DNA of 64,000 nt, from the IMG/VR virus record IMGVR_UViG_3300021255_000109, positions 64,001 to 128,000 of that record. One strand, 5' to 3'. The first letter of the stretch is position 1. Each line of letters starts with the position of its first letter. Positions 8,238-19,150 of this stretch are shown here, piece after piece. The position numbers and the translations under genes are program-made. The notes under the pieces were generated by a model. It made no database searches. It saw only the letters and a list, made by a program, of their open reading frames with translations, and was not told the DNA's origin. Origin of the DNA: a virus. Taxonomy: Duplodnaviria; Caudoviricetes.

Positions 8238-8310
8238 CGGGGACAGGAGGACTCGAACCTACAACAACCCGGTTAACAGCCGGGTGCTCTACCAATTGAG
8301 CTATGCCCCC
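8238..8310 (-). tRNA. trnN: tRNA-Asn(GTT)
   Basis: CCCGG-CT GTT AA-CCGGG. Confidence 0.92.
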
Positions 8311-8365
8311 AAATTGACCTACCCTGGTACGCATTGTTAAGAGGCGTGATAGGTACTGATATAAT

Positions 8366-8512
8366 CTAGACACGTAGTTCCTTTTTTTAACGCTATTGCG
8401 CACATCTTTTCAAATTAGAACTATTAAACGTCGATGCTATTTTACAGGGACACGTCCCTATATTCTTCTATCCTAATCTTGAGTTAAAATAGAATTGCTG
8501 TGCCCGTGTCTA
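8366..8512 (-). ncRNA. skipping-rope-like element with long loop
   Basis: TAGACACG-GGCA-CAGCAATT...CGTGTCTAG. Confidence 0.6.
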
Positions 8513-8560
8513 TGTGATAGTTTAATTTACCGCCGCCGAACTCTATCAAACTAGGCATAA

Positions 8561-8633
8561 TGCGCCAAATGGGATTCGAACCCACGGTCCTACGATTAAA
8601 AGTCGTATGCTTTACCATCTAAGCTATTGGCGC
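8561..8633 (-). tRNA. trnK: tRNA-Lys(TTT)
   Basis: TACGA-CT TTT AA-TCGTA. Confidence 0.95.
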
Positions 8634-8974
8634 TAATTTTTATGAACCTCTTTATCAAACTAACGTTTTCGCTTCATAACTTTATCTCCTTTTTTCATTT
8701 TCTATATATATTATACTAAATTTTTTCTAAAAAATCAATAGATCAGAAAAATGACTAGATCAACTTCAAACTAGTCATGCCCGACCGTTTGGCTGCAAAC
8801 AACAGGTCTCGGGCTTATCAACGCAACAGACTTGCAGAATCTGACGTGGGAAGCTTTTACCCCATATGCACCTCAGCTCTGTTCTTCCCCACTGTACTAG
8901 GGGTGTCCACCTATTACATATGTTTTTCTTAGGGCTTGCCGCGCTTATCGCGAGTGGAGGCGGATCTCCACTAA

Positions 8975-9047
8975 TACTCAATATAGGACTTGAACCTATG
9001 ACCCTCCGTTTGTAGGACGGACGCTCTCCCAACTGAGCTAATTGAGT
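8975..9047 (-). tRNA. trnV: tRNA-Val(TAC)
   Basis: TCCGT-CC TAC AA-ACGGA (C33). Confidence 0.85.
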
Positions 9048-9100
9048 AAAATGCCCTAATTTCTTATTACGATGAACACGCGGGCCGCCAAATCTCGAAA

Positions 9101-9172
9101 TATGCTATGCGGGATTCGAACCCTATGCTCCTTCGATTGAGAATCGAACGCTTTACCTGTTAAGCATAGCAT
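9101..9172 (-). tRNA. atypical tRNA with CTC anticodon
   Basis: TTCGA-TT CTC AA-TCGAA; shortened acceptor-D junction. Confidence 0.55.
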
Positions 9173-9490
9173 AGAATTAAAATGCGCTAAAAATGAAACT
9201 GCCAAACTCTTTTCAACGCTTTGAAAAAACCATATCGCCAAGATTTTTCCAGGATAGTTTTTCAAGGAGTTCTCCCGTCGCGATTTTGGTGGGAGCTTAT
9301 TACCTGGATTCCAACCAGAACCTCTCTTGCAGTAAAATGTGCCTCCAGGAGGGCTGTTAAGAAACGAGCCTGGATATTTGGACATAAATAGCAGTTTAGG
9401 TTTCCACGACGAACTCTGCCAAACTTGGAGAACGAAACCCATTTCATTGCAAGCAAATCCATGGTAAAAACACTTAAGTTTTTGTTCCAA

Positions 9491-9563
9491 TGACTCCTAC
9501 TGGATTCGAACCAATGACTCTAGCGTGAGAGGCTAGCGGCTTAGACCACTTGCCGAAGGAGCC
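9491..9563 (-). tRNA. trnE: tRNA-Glu(CTC)
   Basis: CTAGC-CT CTC AC-GCTAG. Confidence 0.92.
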
Positions 9564-9567
9564 TTAA

Positions 9568-9640
9568 TAGCCCGTAGGAGAATCGAACTCCTGACTCAAC
9601 CGTGAAAGGGTTGCGGCTTAAACCACTTGCCGAACGGGCC
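9568..9640 (-). tRNA. trnE: tRNA-Glu(TTC)
   Basis: CAACC-CT TTC AC-GGTTG. Confidence 0.92.
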
Positions 9641-9991
9641 TTTACATCGCTTTTGATAACAGAAGGGAGCGATAACCCCACCTGGTCTTACAACAGTTCA
9701 GTTTAAAGTCCTAACTGGGATGGCAGCAAACTGTAAAGGACTATTAAAGTTATATAAAGTTTTATCTTACTTTGTAAGATTCAACAGTAATCTCACCAAA
9801 CCGGTCTCTAATGAATTCAACTTCTGCATAAGATTTCACAAAAGTCATGTGCTTCTTGTGATGGTCATCGACATAATATACTACATACATCATGTGCGCT
9901 TTCTCCTTCTTAAATTGTGAAATTGATTTTTAGTGACTTTTCATTTTCTATAAATATTATACCAAATTTTTTACAAAAAATCAAACGTGCA

Positions 9992-10282
9992 TCATTTTCG
10001 TTTGCAACATTTTAACCAGTAGCGATAGAACTCCTTCAGCGTAGGATACCGCTTTCTGAGATACTCATTATCTCCTCGCTCCCACTCTGCTTTAGCTTCA
10101 TCCCATGTCCAACGAACGATATAATCATGAATATCATAGGATTCATACACCTTTTTATAGGCGCCACCATTTGGCATGTCTTCTGTATTTCTGACTTTCT
10201 TGTTGGCAAACTTTTTTGATTCTTTTGTGGTACCAGGATTGCCATCAGTATAAACTGGACATCTCTTGTAAGATCGACTCAT
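9992..10282 (-). CDS. hypothetical basic phage protein
   Basis: 96 aa, AGGAGG RBS. Confidence 0.8.
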   Translation of the reverse strand: MSRSYKRCPVYTDGNPGTTKESKKFANKKVRNTEDMPNGGAYKKVYESYDIHDYIVRWTWDEAKAEWERGDNEYLRKRYPTLKEFYRYWLKCCKRK

Positions 10283-10312
10283 ACTTTATCCCTCCTGTTT
10301 ATTTTATAGAAG

Positions 10313-10387
10313 CAACCATGACGGGACTCGAACCCGCGACCTCCGAAGTGACAGTCCGGCACTCTGAACCAGCTGAGCTACATGGCT
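10313..10387 (-). tRNA. trnD: tRNA-Asp(GTC)
   Basis: CCGGA-CT GTC AC-TTCGG. Confidence 0.92.
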
Positions 10388-10711
10388 ATATAAAGGCTAT
10401 TTAAAATACTTTCGTACGCTCTGCCCAAAGCTCATATGTCTCCAAACAAAGAGTCTACTCATATTTAAGGCGCCACCCTTTACCCGTTTTCCATTGAGCA
10501 TATTTCCCTCGTAAGGACGCATACACTCACACGCACCCATGGATTGTCAGTTTTTATCCCTATTGTAACAAGCAGGTAAAACTTCCCAGAAACGCTCTCG
10601 ACGACGCGACATCTTTATTCTTATTGAATTAGTGAGGAGCATCGCATACAATCTCTAAGTCACCAGGACCAGAAGTTTAAAGTCTTATGTTCCCTGGATG
10701 TAAAGACTCAA

Positions 10712-10786
10712 TACTCTAGAAGGGATTCGAACCCATACTGTCCTGATCCTAAGTCAGGTGCCTCCTGCCAATTGGGCTACTAGAGC
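10712..10786 (-). tRNA. trnL: tRNA-Leu(TAG), short variable loop
   Basis: CCTGA-CT TAG GA-TCAGG. Confidence 0.85.
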
Positions 10787-11145
10787 ATATTTCAGATAGA
10801 TGGCCGCCACGCCTTTAGCCATGCTCGGATATCTATCATACCCTATTCTCATTCTATCTGAGATGCGATAAAAGTTTAACCTATATCACTTTCAAAGATA
10901 CTTGGCCTAGACCGGGCGCCAAGAACCTGACCACTCTTGCTTAACTCCCCCGATAGTGCTCGCGGCTGTATTCTCGACAGCTGAGATTTACATTGGCTGA
11001 GGTAAATCAACTCACATGTTTGGTTATTGTTCCAATATCAACTACTTACAGGGCCTTCTTACCCAAGCCAGAGAATAGGATTTACGTGTCGTTGCTAGGT
11101 TCTCCACGTGGTTAGTGGGATATGGCTGCTCTACCTATTCTTTTT

Positions 11146-11282
11146 CAAGACGGTTACGACATTTTATGATATATTCCTCGTAAGGCGATTATGAAAAAGC
11201 CTGCATCAACACATAATCCTTTTAAATTGACAGCACCACGCCATATCTGAATTTTTGAATTTATTTGCAGTTCAATCGTCTT
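11146..11282 (-). ncRNA. skipping-rope-like element with long loop
   Basis: AAGACGATT-GAA-CTGCAAAT...AACCGTCTTG; first element after promoter 11285-11328. Confidence 0.6.
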
Positions 11283-11796
11283 TTTTATCTTACATAAATA
11301 TTATAACAAATTTTTTCCAAAAAATCAATTTGGCGATTTTTTAATTGATAGCTATAAATACAGCATCATTAGTACCACCATCAGTTATCTCTATAATATC
11401 AAAATCGTTTGGATAATCTGAATCAAAGTTGCCCTGGATATATATTTCTGCGTCAAGGTTAGGAGCTTCTGTCAATAACTTTTGAATTACTTCTCGAACT
11501 GTCATTTTTTCTCCTTTCTTTATCTTACATAAATATTATACCAAATTTTTTACAAAAAATCAAAAGTGCAATTTTTTACTTGAAGTAGCATTGAGAGCAT
11601 CTACTAGTGTTCTTCAAGATTAGTGTTTGGTTTCTCTTCAGAAAAGGAGTGCTTGTTGATATTCGGTCTTTCAGCTCTTCATCTCCGTTACCTTCATCAA
11701 GATATATTTTAAAAGGCTACTTGAGTTTCCTTTCTTTATCTTATATAAATATTATAACAAAAATTTTCCAAAAAATCAATAATGATCTTTTTCTTT

Positions 11797-12057
11797 TTAT
11801 TCAGGAGTATCCTCAGGATCAGGTGTCGCAGTAGTATGAATATAACATTGATTCATAATTAGCCTACCGTCACAAGTTAATAATGTTGCACTGTGTGATG
11901 GTAATGTACTAATTGCCGCAGAGGCTAAAACCTAATGATATTTACTTTCAGCTTGTAATCTCGCTATTGTAGGATTTTCGTCATATGCAGAATGTACAAT
12001 ATTACCATATGTACCATCTTCATATTTTTGAATTTCAATAATATAATATTGGTTCAT
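11797..12057 (-). CDS. small protein downstream of fibre-like genes (TAG read through)
   Basis: MNQYYIIEIQKY...ESKYH*VLASAAIS...; AGGAG RBS; ends TAA. Confidence 0.75.
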
Positions 12058-12075
12058 ATTTAATCTCCTTTATAT

Positions 12076-13428
12076 TTAATTATCATATCCAGCAATAAAC
12101 TCCGCATTACCAATAGATGGATTAAAAGTTTTATTTACTAAATCATAAAATCCTGCTTTTTTATCAGTATTGCGTACCACTGGAATATAATATCTAATTA
12201 ATTCATTCTGTTTTTTAATTTTAAAATAATAAAATTTATGGCTTGGTGCGCTAGTATCACCAACACCAGAACCAACACGATTTTTTCCAATTGTAATATT
12301 TAATGCACTCATTTCAGATTCATCTGTTGCAGTAGTAGCAGTGTGTGATTCACCATTATAAGTTGCAGTTGCGCTACCATATTCCATATGTATATCTACT
12401 GGTGCATTAATAAGATGACCTAAACCACCAGCATTTAAGCCTGCACTAGCACCAGCTCGTCTATTATTTAATGTTATCGTATAACGACCATTATCAGAAC
12501 TTCCATGAATAAGTCTCCAACAAGCTTTTGATTCGCCATCATAATTAGCAAAAACATAAGCATATTTTTTATATTCTACTGGTTGTACACGTAAATCAAT
12601 TTGAATTGTAACATCATTACCAGCTACGCCAGTATCAATAAACGATGCTGTACCAACTGTTTGAATATAATCACAGAGTGAATAACCAATTAAATCAGTA
12701 TAAGTCCAATATGTTAAAGATAAATCAATTGCACTAGCACTACTAATAGTATTATTACCACGAACAGTTTTTAATTGTTCTGGTGTTAAAGTATAATAAA
12801 CTGGTGTTGCTGTCGTATCAATAAACTCAATAGGATTAGCATTAAGATAAACTCCTATAGATTCTTTAGTATCACCAACTAAATCAGTTGAAAGTCTTTG
12901 TACAGTTGATTTAGGATAATTCTCGTTTACACGTATACCATTTAAAGTAGCATCAAGAAAAGGCTCTGGATGCAAATAATTACAACATTTAATAGCATTA
13001 TGAGCTAATGAAGTATCTCTATCATCGCCATCCCACCAAAGCCAAAACTAAGTATAACCATTATTAGTTGCAATTGATGTAATACGTGATGTAACATCTT
13101 CTGGCTACGTTCTTAATATATATGGACAAATTAACTATCCAGTTGCTAAGTCAAGACTTCCGCCATAAATTAATGTAGGAAACTAAGTAACTATATTAGT
13201 ATTATTAAAAATTGTAGTAATTTGATTCCAGCCTGAAAAAGTTCTTACATTATCTGGACTTGCTTCTCCAGAACCATGCCATATAGGATCAAAATTAATT
13301 ATACAATGTTTAACTTTTGCGACCAAATCAGCATCAAAACTCATTGATGTATTATAATTAATAGTTCTTAAATGGGGAGTATTTAACAATATCTATCTGC
13401 GTATTAATTCCATATTTAAACTACCCAT
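12076..13428 (-). CDS. putative virion/receptor-binding protein (code 15)
   Basis: Single 450-codon frame once internal TAGs are read; C-terminal DYIQTVGTASFIDTG...GFYDLVNKTF beta-rich domain. Confidence 0.65.
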
Positions 13429-15029
13429 GACATCACCGCCCCATATACTCCATTTAAAATAGAAATTTCATAAGTCCTATTAGTTTCAATTTCAAACCAT
13501 TCTGGCATTTTTACTGTATTTGGCAAAGTTAATACAGTAGGAGTAGAACCAGAAGTAAACAATATGTTACAAATACCAGTAGCAGATGGAGTAAAAGATA
13601 ATGTTAATACTGTGCCACAAATATAACGGTAGTTTCCTTGTGCGGTAATTACTGGATCTGTGCCTGTAACTGTCTATTCAGTTATTCCGCTACCACTTGA
13701 TGATGATCCACTATTAACCATCTAATCTACATATCCTTTAGTAGCAACATCCATATTATTAGTAGGTCCAATACCAACAGTTAATTTACCTGCTAATACT
13801 TCATTACCATTCCAATCTAAAGTTCTTGCATTAGAACGATTTATAATAGTATTATCTTGCGGATCTTGTATTCCATTACCAACAATTTCAATATAAGTTC
13901 CTTTATTATTCGCCTCTGCTGTTGTAGCATTTGTTTCTATTACATTATATTCTCCAAAAACAAACTAAGAGCGTTTTGCCGCTTCAGTTCCATAGCCTTG
14001 ACTATGAGAAAATCTTCCGCTAGCAACAGTTTGAATACCTTCAGCATGTGCGCCAAGACCTGTAGCTTGACTTTGGCCTCCTTCTGCATGCGTATAATAA
14101 CCACTAGCAATAGTATATACCCCTTCTGCGTGTGCAGATTGACCACTCGCTGTTGTATGTTCTCCTTCTGCATGAGATGCTAAACCGCTAGCTTCAGAAT
14201 AATCACCTTCTGCATGAGATGCTGCGCCACTTGCTGTTGTCTAATAACCACTTGTAAATGAATTTTCTCCTTCTGCAATAGTTAATTCTCCAATCGCAAT
14301 AGCTCCATATTCTCTTGCGACATTATTAAGTCCAATAGCTATTGCATTATCTTCAGAAACTGTATTACCTTCACCAATAGCAACAGTAGCTACTCTTGAT
14401 TCTAATTTATTCGCCACACCAATAGAATAGCCAAAATATTTGCTTGTTTCACCATCTCTAGCTATTTGTAAAGGAGTATCTGTATATCCATATATTAAAG
14501 ATTTTGGCAATTCAACTTTTGTATTATTTATCTATTCTACTAAAAACTTATATGTGCCAGCTTCACTTGTTAAAATATCAAGCGTTCCATCATCATCTGT
14601 CTCAACAATTATAAATGGACAATTATCAGTTTTATATGGTATACTAGCGTCAATGTCAATATATAGATTTAAGTTCCCTAAATAAGAATATAATCGCGTT
14701 GAACACCATGTCTTACCATCTAAAATATACTGTTGTGATTCATTCGTTGTAGCATTAGTAAATGTGACTCGAAATTGATAATAGGTTGGCCTTTGAGTTT
14801 TAGTAACAGTTGCTTTTGGACTTTTATATCCTTCTGTTACCGCAGTTGTTACTGTAAATTCTCCTCCATAAACTGTAGTATATGTACTATTAATAATACC
14901 TGCATTACCTATTGCGCTTTTATCAACTTTTATATTATCAATAATATTTACAGCAGTTTCTAAAGTATCCAACTAATCTTTTTTTAATCGAGTTATACCA
15001 TTTGCATCTAAAAATTTTTTAGTTGGCAT
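13416..15029 (-). CDS. putative tail fibre/adhesin with YadA-head (Hep_Hag)-like repeats (code 15)
   Basis: 537-codon frame with TAG read through; AIAIG and SHAEG repeats; NARTLDWNGNE motif. Confidence 0.7.
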
Positions 15030-15091
15030 AAAACACATTTCCTCCTTTTTGTCATATAAAAAAGAGAGGATAATTTCCTCTCTTCAAAATC

Positions 15092-15226
15092 AAATTGAGT
15101 GCTTTTGGCGGGAGCAGTCTCGTTTGCGCTACGACACCCAGTATTCATACTTTCCGCTTCGCTTCTCACGGAGTTATGAATCCATATGGCAGAACTTCTA
15201 CTGCACTCCCCAAAAACACTCAATTT
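15092..15226 (-). ncRNA. structured RNA candidate 3' of tRNA-Trp
   Basis: Long closing stem AATTGAGTGTTTTTGG/CCAAAAGCACTCAATT with multibranch interior. Confidence 0.5.
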
Positions 15227-15238
15227 TTCACTAACTAA

Positions 15239-15309
15239 CAAGAGCGCAAGGACTCGAACCCTGACCTGGAGTTTTGGAGACTCATATGCTACCATTACAC
15301 TACGCCCTT
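15239..15309 (-). tRNA. trnW: tRNA-Trp(CCA)
   Basis: TGAGT-CT CCA AA-ACTCC. Confidence 0.9.
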
Positions 15310-15314
15310 ATATA

Positions 15315-15402
15315 CAAGACGCCGACCTGATTTGTTTCTTTTATTCAGGATTTAATTAATTAATTAATTTTGGCGAAACTAGTAATTGCCGTACAGCGTC
15401 TC
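15315..15402 (-). ncRNA. skipping-rope-like element (variant CGGCAATT)
   Basis: GAGACGC-TGTA-CGGCAATT...GCGTCTTG; first element after promoter 15405-15451. Confidence 0.55.
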
Positions 15403-15452
15403 TCTTTTTATCTTATATAAATATTATATTAAATTTTTTTTAAAAAATCAAG

Positions 15453-16295
15453 TTATTCATGGCCCCAAGCTGTACGCCCATCACCCCAATAGACTAAATA
15501 AGTTGGAAGATAAGCTAAACCCCAACCAGGAATTTCTAAATTATAGCTTACAAATATATCTATGCATCCAGATGGTACTCCGCGATCGCGCACTTCAAAT
15601 TCACCTAATCCTTCAACATATAAATGTGTACCAAAAGGAATATCATATCCTGCAGCGCATGTAACCCAAGGAATAGACCCAAAGCCATTTGCAGATCCTG
15701 AATTGTGCATTTGTTCCGCGCTATAAAAAGTTACTCTAAAATTACCTAAGTATTGTCGTGCGGGAGCAACTGGTGCGGGTGGAGGAGCTGCCTCAACTGT
15801 TACTGGAACAGGGGGTGGAGCGATCTCAGAAGCGGGCACCGCACTCTCTGTAACAACAATAATTTCTTCTTCCAATTCTATTACTTCTATTGGATTTTCT
15901 GGCTCGGCAGATGTTAAATAGCTATCCCATACAAAAAATTTTTCTAAACCAATGGCTATAATATCCCATCCACAAGATTTACCTACTACTCTTACTTTTG
16001 TATCTCTCAATAAATAATTCCATCTATTACTGTCAGTAGATGGAATAGTTCTTACATTTAACACGTCACAATTGACATACATTATTTCATTAACTTTTAT
16101 ACAACTAAATATAATTTGATTCTCTGGATTATGGACTCTATAACTTGCATCTTCTTCTGTGATAGTTACATATTCCACTGTATATTTAGTACGAATTTCT
16201 TGTAGTCGGTCATCCTAATTAGGCTAAGCAACTACAACAATAGAAAATGACATAATTAAACAAATGAGGATACTAATTATTCGTTTAAATTTCAT
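15453..16295 (-). CDS. secreted SH3b + 3D-domain cell-wall protein (code 15)
   Basis: Signal peptide MKFKRIISILICLIMSFSIVVVA, two TAGs, SH3b-like LNVRTIPS, 3D motif IPFGT..VRDRG..IDIF. Confidence 0.8.
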
Positions 16296-16321
16296 AATTA
16301 TACTCCTTTATTTTAATTCAA

Positions 16322-16412
16322 TACGCGCTCTGGGACTCGAACCCAGCTTAACAACCTTGCTAGGGCCTACTGCTTATAAGGCAGGGGCTCTCACCGAATG
16401 AGCTAAGCGCGC
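16322..16412 (-). tRNA. tRNA with TAT (Ile) anticodon and long variable region
   Basis: CCTGC-CT TAT AA-GCAGT, ~22-nt extra arm, CTGGG-TTCGAGT-CCCAG. Confidence 0.75.
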
Positions 16413-16425
16413 ATATAAATGGGGC

Positions 16426-16731
16426 TTAAAGCCCCAACTGTTTCATCAACTCTTCTACTGTTTTTCGCTCATTATCAGTGAATTCCGCAGGTTCAAAACT
16501 AGTTGGTCTAACAGCATTATTCATATTATTTTCAAAATTCAACTCATTTGATTGATTTACTATGCCCACAGGTACTTTAGGACAGGTCATTGCAATAGCC
16601 ACTTGCATTTTTTCGCCACCTTCTGTAGACCAGACATAAATTTTTTTATCAAATTCTCCGATGTAATCTGTACCAAAAGCTGCTGCAATTTTTTCGATTA
16701 CGTGCAGCTTAGCCTCCGCGCCTTTTGCCAT
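16426..16731 (-). CDS. hypothetical protein
   Basis: ATG overlaps upstream stop; GGAGG RBS. Confidence 0.75.
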   Translation of the reverse strand: MAKGAEAKLHVIEKIAAAFGTDYIGEFDKKIYVWSTEGGEKMQVAIAMTCPKVPVGIVNQSNELNFENNMNNAVRPTSFEPAEFTDNERKTVEELMKQLGL

Positions 16732-18128
16732 TATTTTTCCTCCATACATTCATCTGCACAAGATAAACAATAACATTTTTCTTGCTTTTCATCATATACT
16801 GTTTCGCTTGCCATAAACCAAGCTTCGCAGTTGTCACAATATACCACTTCTCCATTATCAACGCAATTCATACATACAATTTCGCCGCGTTCAGTGACTA
16901 CAAAATCTTCATTTTCGTAAATACGTTCGCCGCATACATCACATATCTGATAATTCGTAGATAACATTAATTCATTATCACAATCTTCGCACACCATAAT
17001 TGCGGCGCCTCCTCCTCTAATAGGACGTTTACCACAACATAAGCATGGTACTTCAGCACCAATACGAATTTTTACGTGTCTATAATTACTAAAACCTGCC
17101 ATTACATTATTATTGTAATAAGGATTTTTATAATAACTTGATAATAGTAAATCATTATAATGCAAATCACTACCATCTTCAATAATATCATTCATAGGTA
17201 ATAATTCGTAGCCTTTATAAGTATACAAAGGCACATATCTATCACTTAAACCAATATTATAGTTACAAGAAGCTCTGCCAATCATTGGGTCATAAACTGC
17301 ATTAATATATTTATTAGAAAAACCCACCCAATCGTTAGATAAAAAATCTTTCTGAATTATTGGTAAAATGCCTTCAACAGTAAATGGATACTGCCGGCCC
17401 AAAAAACAATGCATCCTTGCATTATCCATAAATAATAACATGCGCCATTTTTTAGAATTCCATAATACATTATCTGGAAACTGAGGAATTTGTACCTCAT
17501 TTTCACCTTTTAAATAGCATACAATAGTAGAATTATCACACATATAACTTAAATTACCCGCACGATAATCTCCATCTAAAGCATGACAAGAGCGCCAATT
17601 ATATGTATTTTCGCTGGAAGAAAGATAATCCAAAGGATGAACTGAAAAACATAAAATGCCTTTTACTTTATCTCGCTGAATATAGCTACTCGCCAATTGT
17701 TGGATTTGTACTAATAATTCAGGAGTTTTAATAAAAAATTTTAAACAACGTATTAATTTCATGCCTGATTTAATATCTGCTGGCATATTATCTGTAACAT
17801 TTGTTACTATATTAGAAAAGAAGCCTTCAGCATTTATATTTAAAAATTCAATTACTGATAGACGTACTTTATCATCTAAAATCATATCACCAAGTTGGTT
17901 TAAAAAATCTTCAAACATTGTTGATTTTTTTTCTACGTCTAAATGCAACTCAACAGGGCCATATTCATATATTAATTGATTATGTAAAAACTCTCGTATA
18001 AGATATGATTTTTGTCTTGCCCACATATCAAAAATCTGAGTTATAACGTCTTGGTTAGGAGTAAATTCCTGAGAATATTTAATAACATCTGTAAACTGCT
18101 GCTTTATTAAATCAAGATTTTCAAACAT
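16731..18128 (-). CDS. conserved phage protein, HPLDY motif with C-terminal Cys clusters
   Basis: 465 aa; SVHPLDYLSSSEN..WRSCH; several CxxC. Confidence 0.8.
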   Translation of the reverse strand: MFENLDLIKQQFTDVIKYSQEFTPNQDVITQIFDMWARQKSYLIREFLHNQLIYEYGPVELHLDVEKKSTMFEDFLNQLGDMILDDKVRLSVIEFLNINAEGFFSNIVTNVTDNMPADIKSGMKLIRCLKFFIKTPELLVQIQQLASSYIQRDKVKGILCFSVHPLDYLSSSENTYNWRSCHALDGDYRAGNLSYMCDNSTIVCYLKGENEVQIPQFPDNVLWNSKKWRMLLFMDNARMHCFLGRQYPFTVEGILPIIQKDFLSNDWVGFSNKYINAVYDPMIGRASCNYNIGLSDRYVPLYTYKGYELLPMNDIIEDGSDLHYNDLLLSSYYKNPYYNNNVMAGFSNYRHVKIRIGAEVPCLCCGKRPIRGGGAAIMVCEDCDNELMLSTNYQICDVCGERIYENEDFVVTERGEIVCMNCVDNGEVVYCDNCEAWFMASETVYDEKQEKCYCLSCADECMEEK

Positions 18129-18133
18129 AAATT

Positions 18134-19087
18134 TTATTTTGCTCCATTAAAATATTTTATTTTCTTACCTTTTTTACAATTCGGACAAACACCTTTATCT
18201 AATATACCAGGCAAATATCCTTCATAACATTCATCACACCATTCTACCGGTATTTTACCAATACAATTCCCACAATACATGAATTGTTTTTTCCCATCAG
18301 ATATTGGAATTTGTTCATATGCATGTAATATCTTCCCGCAACTCGCGCATTTAGCATCAAATTTACACATTCGTATCCATTTAAACGAATGTTGAGGAAT
18401 ATTTTCTGGATTTAACATGCGAATTACACGCTTAATAGTTCTAAACATGTGATCAACATGTAACAACTCAATGTATGAATGTTCGTTTACATATCCAATA
18501 GATAAATTCACGCCGCATACATTCCACTGAGGACATAGTTCTACTATATCTGAAAAAGAACCTAATTCTGTAACAAAACCAAAACTTTCAATAAAATCTA
18601 TAAAATCCTGATTACCGCACTCATAAAACACGCAATCATTTTTTCCTCGTCTATCCAACTCAATAATATATCGAATACTATTTTTTGCTGGAGTATAACT
18701 TAAAGACAAATTTGTAGCACCAACACACCCTATCTCTTCATCTGTCGTAAAAGCAATATGAGGTCTATAATTTGTGCAAGAGAGAATATGCAAAATTGCA
18801 AATACACCAGCTCTATCATCTGCACCAAGCCCTTCAGGACTCCATATTACATTATTTTCTTTATCATAATATATATTCTGAGGAGGACTATGAAAAACCG
18901 TATCCAAATGCGCAACTAGCATAATTGGTGTTGTACCTTTCGCAATAATTCCATTAGAAGAGGCAATAACATTTTTCTTTCCATAAGTTTGCTGTAATAT
19001 AGTAACTAATGTTTTATGCAATTGCGGTTGAGTCATTTTTACTATCGTTTTAAAATTCTCATATTCTCGTGTACTTAATTCATGCAT
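18134..19087 (-). CDS. M28/M20-like zinc peptidase with C-terminal Cys clusters
   Basis: LVAHLDTV, GLGADDRAG, TDEEIG, ELDRRG, YVNEH. Confidence 0.8.
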   Translation of the reverse strand: MHELSTREYENFKTIVKMTQPQLHKTLVTILQQTYGKKNVIASSNGIIAKGTTPIMLVAHLDTVFHSPPQNIYYDKENNVIWSPEGLGADDRAGVFAILHILSCTNYRPHIAFTTDEEIGCVGATNLSLSYTPAKNSIRYIIELDRRGKNDCVFYECGNQDFIDFIESFGFVTELGSFSDIVELCPQWNVCGVNLSIGYVNEHSYIELLHVDHMFRTIKRVIRMLNPENIPQHSFKWIRMCKFDAKCASCGKILHAYEQIPISDGKKQFMYCGNCIGKIPVEWCDECYEGYLPGILDKGVCPNCKKGKKIKYFNGAK

Positions 19088-19150
19088 TATATTCCCTCTT
19101 TCTTTCCATTTTCTATATAAATTATACTAAATTTTTATAAAAAAATCAAC

